A stretch of 64,000 nt of DNA from contig NC_089435.1 of NCBI RefSeq assembly GCF_026210795.1, positions 4,216,001 to 4,280,000 of the forward strand. The letters are read 5' to 3'. Under the pieces are notes generated by a model, which was not told the DNA's origin, did no database searches, and saw only the letters and a program-made list of their open reading frames with translations. Position numbers and translations under genes: made by a program. The stretch's first letter is position 1. Every line of letters starts with the position of its first letter. Below are positions 1 to 12,265 of the stretch, one piece after another. This DNA comes from Rhizophagus irregularis (taxonomy: Eukaryota).

Positions 1-228
1 AAAGTGAAAAGGACCATAAGTCTATAACTGATAAGAAATATTTAAATTAAACGTTTCTTTGTATTTTTTTTTATAAAAACTACAATTATTTTTAAGATAA
101 ATGTTCCCTCACTTTAGAATCTGACCAATAAAACTCGTCAAGTCACGTTACCGAAATTTTTTGGTGGTGTTCTTTAGAGTAGTTCAACATTGGGATGGAA
201 AAGGTTCGCTGTTGAGCAGTTTGAGTTA

Positions 229-324
229 CCCTATAAAAAAATTCTCTGATAAATGATCATTTTTCTAGTTTTCATTCCGAAGAAACTCAGATATGTGATC
301 ATTTTTCTGAAAAATTTTTTATAG
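229..324. mobile_element. ~100-bp palindromic MITE, CCCTATA...TATAGGG family (copy 1, right end decayed)
   Basis: Starts ccctataaaaaaatt and has internal tgatcatttttctag motifs. Same sequence family as 25282-25388, 33986-34084, 37505-37601 and 47942-48046. Confidence 0.6.
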
Positions 325-490
325 AAAGATTACAGGCATGAATATATCATCAAAAAAATCACTGGCGACCAATTAGTAAACATGAGTAAATATAATACAT
401 ATATATAAAATTATAAAAAAAAGTGATTTGTTATTACATCATTTAAAATAATACTTAATATGAATCTTTTTATCACTAATTAGTATATAA

Positions 491-762
491 TAGCCCTAGA
501 TCGTATCGCTCAGAGCGGAAAAAAAATTAACCGGTCAAACCGCAGTTACAATTAAGCACAATTTGTATAGCTCGATCGGATCATATCATAATCAATAAAT
601 ATGGTTGGTCGCTGGCACGCATCACGTTAGTTTATCAAAATCGATCAGAGGCGAACACCTATTTTCGTGGATCGGTTGACTGACCGCTGATCGTTTTTGT
701 AACAATCATTTAAGGGCACATTTTGCGATCAATCCAGTCCGATCTAGAATTGAACAGGGCTA
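491..762. mobile_element. possible decayed non-autonomous TIR element
   Basis: tagccct at 491 and agggcta at 756-762, plus a ctagatcg/cgatctag inverted pair; interior is richer in GC with gatcg/accg motifs. No clear TSD. Confidence 0.3.
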
Positions 763-956
763 ATAATACATAAAGAAATCGATTTCTACATGGGCGTGCG
801 ATAAATTTTTATAATTTACATAAAAAATATTTTATACATAAAAAGATTCTTTTCACTTTGAAGGAAAATTAATTGATCATTAATTTTAATCTTGTCAAAT
901 TATTTTTTGTGATTATTAAAATTATTAAAATCCTCCTCTTTAACTACTTGAAGAAT

Positions 957-2762
957 TTATTTTTTATTTAATAACTTGAAGAATTTAAACCCATCGTTAT
1001 TAGTAGGTGTTGTAACTACTTCTTGTCCATAATAATTATCATTATTTACTATTGCTGAAACTACTTCATGGTTGGTCATATTTTCATTTTTAGAACCTTC
1101 AGTGGGTATTGCCTTTTCTTGACCGTAATTATTATAATTATTAATATTATTTTGGCTTTGTCTTTTTTTATTCCATTTATATAAAAAGAAACCTCCAACT
1201 AATAAGAAAATACCACTTAATAAAGATCCTACAATTGCACCAACCATCTTAGAATTATCTGATGAATTATTGGATGATGTAGGAAGTGGATCTGATGTGG
1301 ATGAAGGTGAAGGAACAAATGATGTCGTCCATACATATTCTTCATTATTACTAATATCAAGTAATAATATATCACTTTCAACTGTTCTATCATAACCAAT
1401 TCCTATTAATATTAATAATATTTTCTGTTAAATGATACTACTAATAACCAATCAAAGTTTATATTATAATTATTTATATTTACCAAATGATATAACCATG
1501 TATTTCTCAACTACGTTTGCCTGATGAAAAACTCTTGGTTTTGGGATTATTCCAGAAATTTTCGGAATATACCAATTATAATTAGTTAAATCCAATACAT
1601 AAAGTGTAGTGTCTAAATATCCAGGATTATTAAAAGCTCCTCCATAAATTATGACTCTTTGACCATCTAAACCTATTAAAAATAATAAAATTTATAATTA
1701 ATGTTCAGCCTTTAAAAAATGATCATAATATTCTTATTTAATTACATACCAAGAACTGAAGAAAAACCACATCTATTAGAAGGGATTTTTCCTGTTGTTA
1801 TCTAAGTATAATACAATAAAAAGTTGGTTCACAAATAAATATAAAAAATTTCATCATAATTTGTGTAACTTACTTTTACATCCCAATTGTCATTAATCAT
1901 ATCATATAAGTAAACCTAAGATAATTTTATCAATTTTATCTTAAATGTTTTTAGAAAAAAAAAAACTTAAATATCAGTGCATTTACAAAATTTACCTCAC
2001 TTAATGATAAAGCAATTCCTTTATCAATATTCAGGGTATCATCATCAAATTCAGTAGTAACATCATTCAAACCACCTAAGCATTAAGTATTCATTAATAA
2101 AATTAACAAAAAATGATATGACATAAAATTACTGGCTTACCTATATAAATAATCTTATCGTTGGGCAATAAAGTAGCTCCATAAAAAATTCTCGGAGTTG
2201 GAGCGTTAACTAAACTTCCCTTTTCCCAATTAAGGCTAATTGTATCTAAAATAAGCATATCATTTGAAATAATAGGGGTTCTTCCGCTCCATAAATAAAA
2301 TTTTCCATTATAGCCCATAACTCCTGTTAAACTCGATTTTCTAATTGTACTAATTCCAGTTATTTTTGGAGGATTCCATATCATATGATGTGGATCAAAC
2401 GTATAAACTGATTCCATCGTTTGATTATTTCCACCGTATAAAAATAGTGTATCATTATTTACACCACCTTTAGCTGATGTTGCAAGACCATGTGGCGGAA
2501 CCATATTAATATTGGATAAGTCTTGCCATGATAATTCTCGAGTATTAAACGGAACTGAAACATCAAGATAAAAAAATTCTTTTACTGATTTATAAGAGAT
2601 TGTTGACAAACCACTCAAAATATACAATTTATTATCAATGAATGTAGCAGTATGACAGTTTAGTGCACTTGGCTTAAAGGGCGTCATTTGACAATTTACT
2701 TCAACTAACACTTGAAGTAGCATCCATAATAGAGTAAAATTAGCTAAAGAATTTTTTAACAT
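957..2762 (-). CDS. Kelch-repeat (galactose oxidase-like beta-propeller) single-pass membrane protein, paralog K1, ~476 aa, 6 exons
   Basis: Exons 2762-2141, 2075-1996, 1915-1874, 1801-1750, 1672-1484, 1402-957; all introns GT-AG and the frame is continuous (1431 nt). Signal peptide (MLKNSLANFTLLWMLLQVLVEVNC), Kelch motifs (HTA...LYILSG, LFLYGG, IIYIGG, VIIYGG...W), Ser/Pro stalk, TM (VGAIVGSLLSGIFLLVGGFFLY), then the basic stop-transfer KWNKKR. Confidence 0.85.
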
Positions 2763-3210
2763 GACTATATTTTATTAATAACTTAATGTAATAGAAGCTA
2801 TATTCTAAGGAAAATATTTTTTTTAAAAAAAAATATCTTTGGCGTATTTATGTCTTATGTCTTCTGCGTTACACGTTTAGTCTTAAAAGAAATATCCGAA
2901 TGGAACGGAACACACAAACACATTCAAATATTTATTTCGAAACAATTATTTAGTTCGTTGGAGAACTACCCCTGCGTCGGTGTTAAGGACGGATGTGCCA
3001 AATAGGGTTTGTAACATAATAACATAAATAACGTGTTACTGACATCACGTGAGAATGTGACAGCCAACAACTACCCCAAGAACACCCCAAAAAATTCTGC
3101 GTAAATCATGTGATTATCACATATCACATGATTGTGATAGACAATTACGTAATTAAATAAATTAAACTTTTTACAACGAAGTATATTTTTTTCACTTTTC
3201 CACTTCAAAT

Positions 3211-3855
3211 ATGGATATTATAACTAGTAATTTGCAGAAATGTAAACAATGTCGAAAAAGTTTATCTATGGAAGCTTTCATTAATGAAAATACACGCCAG
3301 TTTAAAACTTGTCAATTTAATTCAGAACTTTTAACGCTAGAAGAAATGTCAAAACAACTATTTGTAAAGATTTTAGAAATTGACACTAATGAATACTTAG
3401 AAAATCATTTAACTGGAATAGATTTTAATTGCAATATTTCAATTGATATGATGGACGATGATCCAAAAAAATTATCCAAGATGATCATTGACTTAATAAG
3501 TGAAAGTGATGGCTATTATTATATTTATAAGGATTCTTATACTTCAAAGAAAGCATCCGATATTTTAACATTTCGATATAAATGTTCTCAATGTAAGTCT
3601 CTTGCAAAAAGACCTAGAAAAAATGAATCCATTGAAAAACAAAGAGATCGAATACCAATTGAGCGATTTAATTGCAATGGGTTGATTAAAATTAAACTTA
3701 AAATGGGAACCAATATTGCATCAGTTAATCTTCAGCATTCTATAATTCATAAACGACTGAACGATTTGGTGTAAATGAAAATATTAAAGAAGAAATCAGA
3801 AAAAACATTCACCTTACTCCAAGTGATATTTATCGAATTCTAGAACATGTAATAA
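3211..3855 (+). mobile_element. Mutator (MULE)-like transposase N-terminal fragment, frameshifted and truncated
   Basis: CKQC...FKTC, then YKCSQ...QRDRIPIERFNCNGLIKI...HSIIH (WRKY/FAR1-type Zn finger typical of fungal MULE transposases). Continues in another frame after 3770 as VNENIKEEIRKNIHLTPSDIYRIL. No DDE domain present. Confidence 0.6.
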
Positions 3856-6849
3856 ATTTTTTTTTTTGCTAATTAATCTAATTTAATAGAGTTGTGAATT
3901 GTATCATTTCTAGAATTTTCATATAGATTTGATATATATTAAACTGGATATCTTGGATTTTATTCAAAATTTTGTGTTTTTAAAGCAAATTTTCAGTCAT
4001 AATTAAACCCCAAATTTTTTTACCTTAATGTATCAAGATTGATTAAGCAAACTTGCTCATAATATTAAAAAAAAGTTCATCTTTAAAATTCAGGTCAATT
4101 GGATTAATACTCAACGTCAGATGATTCAAAATATACATTTACTTAATATAATTATATGGAAATCAAAGTTTACGGATCGGTCACATGATTTCCGAGGTGC
4201 CGGACTAGGGACAAAAAACGGGAAATTTTGCAGTAAATAGTCCTTCGCTAATGCTTCGGACAATAAATAACGTGTTACTGGCATCACGCGAGAATGTGAC
4301 GGTCACCAAAAAATTTTCGGTAACGTGACTTTGTACTATTTTTTCTTTTTTAAAAAAAATTTTGAACAGAAAAATCTTTTTTTAGATAAAAAATAAATGA
4401 CATACCTTTTTAGTATTTTTTTTTTATATCTAAAATATCAATAAAATCGCAGTAGACAATATTTTTTATAGCTTTCACCTTAGTATTTTAGTATTTTGCG
4501 TGTTTTTTCCTATAATTTCAGCAATGCTAGAAGGATTTAATATATGAAATTTTTTGATTTATAATAACCTTTAAAGTATGCAGATTTTTAGAAATCAAAG
4601 AGAAATATTACTAAGTATTTAACATACCACTAACATACCAGCGGTGGATAATTTATAATGGGGTATTTTCAAAGGAGGATATCTTGTGCAGTGTTAGTGC
4701 AGTAGTTTATTCCATTCTATTCTGAATGATGTGGCAAAACCATCGTAATATCCATGTAGATAATATGTTCATCATTTAATATCTACAAAATGAATAGTAA
4801 CAAATAACTGTTATTACACTCCTGTATATATTTATAAACCATGTGATTTTGAATTGATCCTATATCTCATTTCTCTAAAATTTCAATTAGAATCATTTTA
4901 TATATATTTCACTAAAATTTTTTACCTTATTTTTGTGAAAAAATTCCATCAATTTTCGTATTATGCGTTAAATCTCATCTGGTTTCGCGTCCTTTCCCTT
5001 TTTTCACTAAAAAATTTAACTCGGAATCAGTAATATTATTGTTCCTTATCTCATGGTTTCATTTTCACGCGTATTTTTATTGTTAATTAATTTAGTCTAC
5101 TAGTTTCACACCTTTCTCCTCTTTCATAAATTAGAATCATTCTTAATATATATTTAATATCGCTAATTTTTATTTAATTTTGTTCCCTAGATATTGTTTT
5201 ATATTGGTTAACGTCATGAAGTACAATATGCATAAAATATTATAATAATTTGTTACCTTATTTATATCTGTAATACTAATACCAGCATAGAGTAAACTTC
5301 CTAGAACAAAATTTATCAATACCCTTTCATTATCGAAAGTAAAACAAATGATACTTTTTTTAAAAAAAATAAAAATAAATAGTACTATGAGGATTTTTTA
5401 CTACTTTACTATCAATGGATAATATTTTACAATTATTATAGTAATTCGACTAATATCACTTGTTTTCTTTTTTAGAAATTGTTGTTAATTATTAGTCTGA
5501 AGTGTAACGAAGGACTATATAATTCTATTCAAAGTGATATGAATATCCAGATGTCTTCATCTGGCACGTGACAAAGTACAACAATAAAACCTCAGACTTA
5601 ATAATGGTTTCCGTTATCCTAGTATAACGATTTTAAATATACTGTAGGTACATATTTTAACAAACATCAAACTATTTGAATCCTAAAAAAGATATGTAAT
5701 ATGTTGCAAAATAAATCATTAACCGCAAGTGACAATGTTAATTGAATTGTCATTTAGAAATGACATATGTCATTTTGATTAGTCAAATAAATCTGTTTTT
5801 ATTTCTAGTGAACTAATGAATAAATGACTCATATTGAAATACAAGATTATATTTTTACTAATTACTCTTACTCATTTATTTTATTGGCTACTAATTGTGT
5901 TGATACAATCCGAGTAACGATAAAATCGTATGAATCACATAAACTTTTTTTTACTATGTTTATAACAAGTTACCAATTAAGTATAATTATTAGAACCCTC
6001 AAAAAGCTCTCTCGAATTTCCCTAAACTTCTAATAAAAAAAATATCGTTTATAATTTTTTAAAAATGATTTTATCGTATGGTAATTCAGCCGATTTACCC
6101 AGTAACACAACTAAATTTTTCACCCATGTGTTTTTTGTGGCGTCTAAATTTTGATTGGCTCATTGATTGTTTTATGTCGCGTGGCAACATTTATCTTAAA
6201 AAAAAAAGACAACAAAAAGAAAAAAATAAAAACTCCATATTTTTTTTTAAAAAATATTAAAATAATTTTATTGTTTTTTATTATAAGAACATTTAAAAAA
6301 TGCCTCTTTTACACTTTATAAATTTAATAAATAAATAAACTTTTTTAACGAAAATAACTTCAAATATTAATACTATTGTAAAAATACTAATTACTCCATA
6401 AATATTCAGAAAAAAAAATCATTTTTGAGCGCTTCTATGCCTGCTGAATAACTTTGTTAAAGCTTCCGACACCTATTTCATTTAACTAAAGTATCAAAAT
6501 TATGCAAAAACAAGGTAAAACAAATTAAAAAAATCTGTTTTTTCACAAATATCTAAGTAACATTAATAAATAAAGGTTTGCATACTTGTTCTACTTAGTC
6601 TCAAGTCTGCTTTATTTATTACTAAATTAATATTATAAAATCTAAAAAAAAAACGCGTTTATTATAAATAAAACAGCTATACTAAAAATATTTGACTTTT
6701 ATTGTTTAATAGGTTTTTAAAACATTATTATTTTAAGTGAAAAATGAAACAGTAATAAATCCGGCAAAATTTTTTAGATCCTGCATACGTTGCTTGCGTC
6801 ACACTGATCATTCCATTCATCATCATATCATTATATAGTAACATCAAGA

Positions 6850-6922
6850 CTACTTTTACGCGAAATTACTTCTACAATACTTTTACGCGAAATTATTTCT
6901 TCTACAGTACTCTTACGAGAAT
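6850..6922. repeat. short tandem repeat, ~3 x 27-30 bp (tacttttacgcgaaatt...)
   Basis: Three consecutive copies are visible. Confidence 0.7.
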
Positions 6923-7028
6923 TCAAAAATGTTTAAGAAAGTAATTTTTTCAGTATAATTATTTTATTATAATATTATTTACTCAAATTATTTACTTAAA
7001 TCATTTATCTTTTTTTATAGCTGTAGCC

Positions 7029-7257
7029 ATGAAAGGAGCCAGAAGCAAAAAAAGTCTTGTTGCGCTATCCAAAGAAGGTAACGAGCACAATTGATTTTCT
7101 ACATTTATAAATTAAATATTAACAGTTAAAGCTTTATTCAACGTGTTTAGAACAATCAAAATTTAAAATCATTGAGGGTATTCAAATAAGTGAAAATGTT
7201 TTATCCGCAATCTCTGATGATGATCCCGCACTCGTGATTCGTAACCTGTGTTCTTAA
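7029..7257 (+). CDS. possible small spliced ORF or gene remnant (51 aa)
   Basis: Exons 7029-7077 and 7151-7257 joined by a GT-AG intron give MKGARSKKSLVALSKEEQSKFKIIEGIQISENVLSAISDDDPALVIRNLCS*. Another GT-AG intron-like segment ends at 7020. No recognised domain. Confidence 0.3.
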
Positions 7258-7260
7258 ACA

Positions 7261-7490
7261 ATTCTTAAAACTATTTCCTTCCTTACTAATTTGCTAATTT
7301 ATAGTGAATCATATTTCACATTCTTTATTCCTGTAAAATTTTGCTAATTTGCATTTTTAAAACCTATTCTTTTACTTTCCTTCCTAGTTGCTAATTTGCT
7401 AATTTACAGTGAATCATATTTCACATTCTTTATTCCTGTAAAATCTTTTTAATTTGAATTCTTAAAAGCTATTCTTTTAATTTCCATCCT
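7261..7490. repeat. 105-bp tandem repeat, ~2.2 copies
   Basis: gtgaatcatatttcacattctttattcctgtaaaat occurs at 7304 and 7409. Confidence 0.8.
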
Positions 7491-8689
7491 TGGAATTCTC
7501 GATAATCATATGTATTCTTATAAAATCTTAGATATGTAAACTAATAAAGATAATATTATCAACATAACCTGCAGACTATTTATTTTGTAAAGCGACACAT
7601 TGAGAAAGAACTTTGTCAGCTAAGTTTTTTATCGCAAGTATGATTCTGCGACAAACATTAATAATTCAGCATTAATAATTCTGTGATACTGTGTCTTTTG
7701 TACGTGTGATGATATCAGAGATTTTTTTGGCGAAGATCAAAATGCCAATATATATATAACAAGGATAGTAATATGTCCGTTTTATTTTGGAACATCTGTA
7801 GAGGCAGGAAAATCGATTAATATCGTGATAACATGTTTCAAGAAGCTAGCCGAACGAATAACTTATTATTACTTCGCGGAATATACGAGTTCGTTTGATC
7901 AAGGATATTAACGATGTGAGTGTGAATATTAGTAAGTTTGATTAGATTTTATTAGTTTACTTGATTTTTGCGCAAGTCAGATAAAAGGGTTCACTAACTG
8001 TCTCTCCTTCTTTGTAATGAGTCTAAAGTTCGATTTTTGGAATAAACCTTTTAAGGGAATTACGTTATTCATATCAACGCGCACTCTTTAATTTACAATA
8101 GAAAAATTTAACGCTATCCCGTATATTAAAGATTATCAAAGGGACATCGGTTTAATCCGCACAAATCATTAATTCAATGATGAAAATATATGCCAGAACT
8201 TTCGAGCAAAAAAACATCAAACATGACGAACATAACATCTCTTTTTTCTAGACGCATTGCGATTATAAAATGGTGTAGTCAAACCAAATAAAGCATAGAA
8301 ATACCAAATCTGAATATCTGATGCCAATGATATTTATTAAATTTTAGGCTTTTAGCCCATGATACAAGATAAAATTTTTATCTATGCACGATTATTTTGG
8401 TTATCTAGAAGATTTTGACCATCTTGATTTTGACGATTCACAAATCCTTGTAAATTTCTTCTCCTTTTTCCGAAGGAAGTTGTAGGCAATGCTGGTTAAT
8501 TTCTCTTTGTGTTCTTTGAAATCAAGCAAATGTCCGAGGCGAATTTTACCAGCACTCATTGTAGGAACTTGCCGTAAAATACTGGTCGACTTTTTAATTC
8601 TCATCGAGCCTACATTTTCTAAAAAAAAAAAATCATATTAGAGATACAACTGTACTGTGATGTAACGAACATAACACTACATTAAGTGA

Positions 8690-8890
8690 TACTATTTAGA
8701 TTAATTGACAAATCCGCCGTTTGTTGCTGAACAAGCTGAACCATTTCCCGGTTCATTCTCTCCAATTCTTGATTCGTTCTTTCCAATTCTTAATTTTTAA
8801 ACAGAAGTGGCGAATTAACAATAACATGAGTCATTCCTTTTTTTGGAAGATTTTTCTCATCCCAGCATTCACTAATATATAATCCCGAAT
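8690..8890 (-). pseudogene. Crinkler (CRN)-like effector remnant: end of the N-terminal domain plus coiled coil
   Basis: Translates as SGLYISECWDEKNLPKKGMTHVIVNSP, matching the CRN HVLVxxP terminal motif. In-frame stop at 8790-8792, then coiled-coil ELERTNQELERMNREMVQLVQQQ. Confidence 0.45.
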
Positions 8891-9490
8891 TTACGAAATC
8901 AATCTTGGAAAGTTTTTTTGCTGAACATGATCTGAAGTGATATATCTATAGGCGAAAATTTGTGGATATGTGTGATGGACGGGATAATTTATTTGGAAAC
9001 TTGTTTTTTATAGATAGTAGCTATAGAAATTTCCGGAAATGTAAGAACTCCCTCCCTTGAAAGTATAGCACTGTTGATCGGGATTTGTTTATTTTTATTA
9101 AGTATTCTAGAAAAATACAAAATCTGATGTTAGAAAAGTCTTAAAAGGTTATAAATGGTGTATACTAATAGAAAAAATTTATAATATAAATTATTTGTTT
9201 ATTTAGACACTGAGAATATAAAAATAACTAATAATCACTGATGTGAAATTGATACCTGACGCGTCACTACAGGTGACGACACGTACACAAATCGATACCT
9301 CTGATATACTGTAAGTATAAATTATTATTATAAATCATTATCATATTGCCTTAATAATAGATTTATTTACTTATGCGTCAATTAGATTCATACTTATTTA
9401 TTAATGTATATTGAATATATATACAGTATATATTAGGTTTAATATGTATATTTAAATATACTCTTCTTTGACGATTTTTTTAAAAAAATA

Positions 9491-10900
9491 ATGAACAAGG
9501 ACATAATTTTCCTAATACTAAAAGAACTTCAAGATGACAGAAAATCCCTTTATTCGTGTCTTTTAGCAAATAAAATTTGGTGTGAAACAACAGTACCATT
9601 TTTATGGAAACTTGCTGGAAGGTATAAACCAACAAAAAATGCAATGGAAATATTATTTAATGTAATACTTTCGCATTTATCTGAAGAATCAAAGAATATT
9701 TTGAAGGTTCAAGTAATTGATCTCTTTATAAAAGTATATAAACGACCTTCATTTAATTATATTTATTACTGGAGATATTTAAATTTATATCTTTTAGAAT
9801 TTATGATTCATTCTAAGAAAGTTGAAGAATTCAAAATAACTATTATGAGGAATGAAATTTTAAAATTATTCATTAATAAGAATACAAAATTCATTGGTCT
9901 TTATATACCACAAAATTTTAGTTATCCAATACATCTTATTTTTGGAGCTGAATATTGTTTATCAACAATTGAATATTTGAGCTGTGATGCAAATACAAAT
10001 CAAAGTATTTTAAAAGGATTATCTAAAATATGCAAATCAATTAAAAAATTGAGATTTGATATTATTCAAGATTTTAAAATGGTTGAATTAATTAAAGCTC
10101 AAAAAAATCTCAATGATATTTATATGAGTTGTTATTCATATTTAAGAGACGAACTATATTGTAATAATCTTGAAGAATCACTTATTAAAAATTCAGATAC
10201 AATTCAATATCTAAGAATAGATTGGACTCCTATTACACAAACTCTTTCATTACTTACACATATGATAAATCCGGATCCGTCAGCTCATTTAGGAGCTCCT
10301 ATTTTTTCACTTTTAAGAGAAAGACAAGTTTCTTTTAAAATTCTAAAAAGTTTAATTGAAAATACAAAAGGAAATCTTACTGAAATTAGTATTTATTATT
10401 ATGATAAGAATGATAATAGGATGCTTATAAAATCAATTTATCAAAATTGTCCATTACTTAGATATCTTAAATTGTTAATTCACAATGATATTATTTCAGA
10501 GTTAGAAATGTTATTAACTAATTGCCAATATTTAAATGGATTAGTTATAATAATATTAGAAAATGGATTTGATTGGAATAATTTATTTAAAATATTAATC
10601 AGATCATCACCAACTAGTTTGTTTAAATTTAAATTTTCATCATATGGACTTAAATTGGAATCTTTAAAATTACTTCTTGATAGTTGGAAAGGGAGACATC
10701 CTATGTTATTACAAATCATTCCATATTGTAATTTTACAATAATGTTACCACAAAAATTACATCATCAGCTACAAATAGGTTGTTTAATCAAAGATTATGA
10801 AGCAAACGGAACAATTGAAAAATATGACGTAGATTGGTATGGCCAAGATTTTGAAGATTTTAAATGGGTTCAAGGTGAATCCATTACTTATTTTAATTAA
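9491..10900 (+). CDS. F-box-like / RNI-like LRR protein (family expanded in Glomeromycota), 469 aa
   Basis: N-terminal LNKDIIFLILKELQDDRKSLYSCLLANKIWCETTVPFLWK-type F-box. C-terminal IYQNCPLLRYLKL...LLTNCQYLNGL...SSPTSLFKFKF...WKGRHPMLL. Single intact ORF. Confidence 0.8.
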   Translation: MNKDIIFLILKELQDDRKSLYSCLLANKIWCETTVPFLWKLAGRYKPTKNAMEILFNVILSHLSEESKNILKVQVIDLFIKVYKRPSFNYIYYWRYLNLYLLEFMIHSKKVEEFKITIMRNEILKLFINKNTKFIGLYIPQNFSYPIHLIFGAEYCLSTIEYLSCDANTNQSILKGLSKICKSIKKLRFDIIQDFKMVELIKAQKNLNDIYMSCYSYLRDELYCNNLEESLIKNSDTIQYLRIDWTPITQTLSLLTHMINPDPSAHLGAPIFSLLRERQVSFKILKSLIENTKGNLTEISIYYYDKNDNRMLIKSIYQNCPLLRYLKLLIHNDIISELEMLLTNCQYLNGLVIIILENGFDWNNLFKILIRSSPTSLFKFKFSSYGLKLESLKLLLDSWKGRHPMLLQIIPYCNFTIMLPQKLHHQLQIGCLIKDYEANGTIEKYDVDWYGQDFEDFKWVQGESITYFN

Positions 10901-11684
10901 AAAGCAGTTTTTGTTAAAAAAAGACTTCTTTAAAATTTTGTTATCTTTACTACATACTAAATAGGATAATAAAAAAATATTTATCTGTTATACATTTAAT
11001 AAAGCTATTTATAATGAATTTTTCATAATTTTTTATAAATTAAGTTTTTGCTTCTGATTAAATTTGTTTTTTCCACATTAGTTTTGATGGATTTGATGGT
11101 TTCGATAGATTCTGCAAGCATCAGCTAAATCTGGACAAGGAATTCTGGCTCTGGACAGATATACATAAACAAAAACCTAATGACTTTTGAGCAAAGAGCG
11201 ACCTTGTTAATGTTTTTATTAGCAGAAAGTAGCTTAAATTAACCTATCAGTTAACAAGACTTTCGGAACTTATTTATGATAAAAGTTTCAATTTATAAGG
11301 GAAGTAGGCTAAGTATTATATTATATTTTCAACTATATACTTAGATTACATAAATACCAAATGATTGTTATAATAATAATTGTTTTGATTTACTTACATT
11401 AATGTTTTAATATATGATACTATTGTGATTATAACTGGGTTCAACTAAATTGGTAAAATATTACAGGACCAAGTTTTTCTCAATTCAATTTAATTTGCAA
11501 GTATCATTTTGTCATAAATGAATTGAATTGAGTCACCAAACCTAAATTTATTTTGGAATTTTGTAAAACTTTTTGAAACCAAGAATATCATTTATTAATA
11601 ATTAGTTTAAATTATAAAAGATAGGTTATGAAAAATCTTGTAGTTTAAAGCATACTGATTGTTTTAGACTTATTTGCTTTGGTT

Positions 11685-12265
11685 ATTTTTTATAATATTA
11701 AATTATTAAAATTCTCTTCTCTAACAGCTTGAAGAATTTTATTTTCAAATTTTGGCCAATTTCTTTCTTAACAGCTTGAATCATTTCATCTTTAATAATT
11801 TATAATTAAAACCTCTTATTATTACCATAACTATAATTACCATAACTATAATTACCATTAACTACTTCTGAAGCTGGAATTATTGGTTCACGTTTTGTTG
11901 TAATTTCATCATTCCTAGGTATTTGAATAATACCTTCTCCATGCCTGTTCATAATTTGTTAATATTCGATAAGCCTTCCATGATAATTCTACTGTAGTAT
12001 CAGATGGCACAGAAATACCAAGGTAAAAAAAATTCTTTTACTGGGTTTCCATCTAATCCATACAAGACCCCGAAATATATATATGGAGGTCAGGTTAACT
12101 TGTACGCATGTTTTTCAGGGCCGAAATTATGCTAATGTCGGTCAGTTACTAAAGTAGGTAATAATTTTGACTGGCATTATATAAAAATTATATAAAAAAG
12201 GAAAGATCTACACGACTTTGGGTCATATCACTCAAAATATACAATTTATTATCAATGAGTGTCCA
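11685..12265 (-). pseudogene. heavily deleted Kelch-TM paralog K2, with an insertion at ~12063-12228
   Basis: Retains pieces of exon 1 (TLIDNKLYILS; KEFFYLGISVPS) and the C-terminal end (REPIIPASEVV...KDEMIQAVKKEIGQNLK). Upstream motif at 12361-12395 is shared with the other paralogs. The insert starts caagaccccgaaatatatatatggaggtcagg, similar to the TIR of the 22859-23442 element. Confidence 0.7.

Noticed and set aside
10250..10325. Atypical segment LTHMINPDPSAHLGAPIFSLLRER in the F-box protein as an in-frame foreign insert
   Set aside because: Cannot be established without a family alignment; no TSD or TIR seen.
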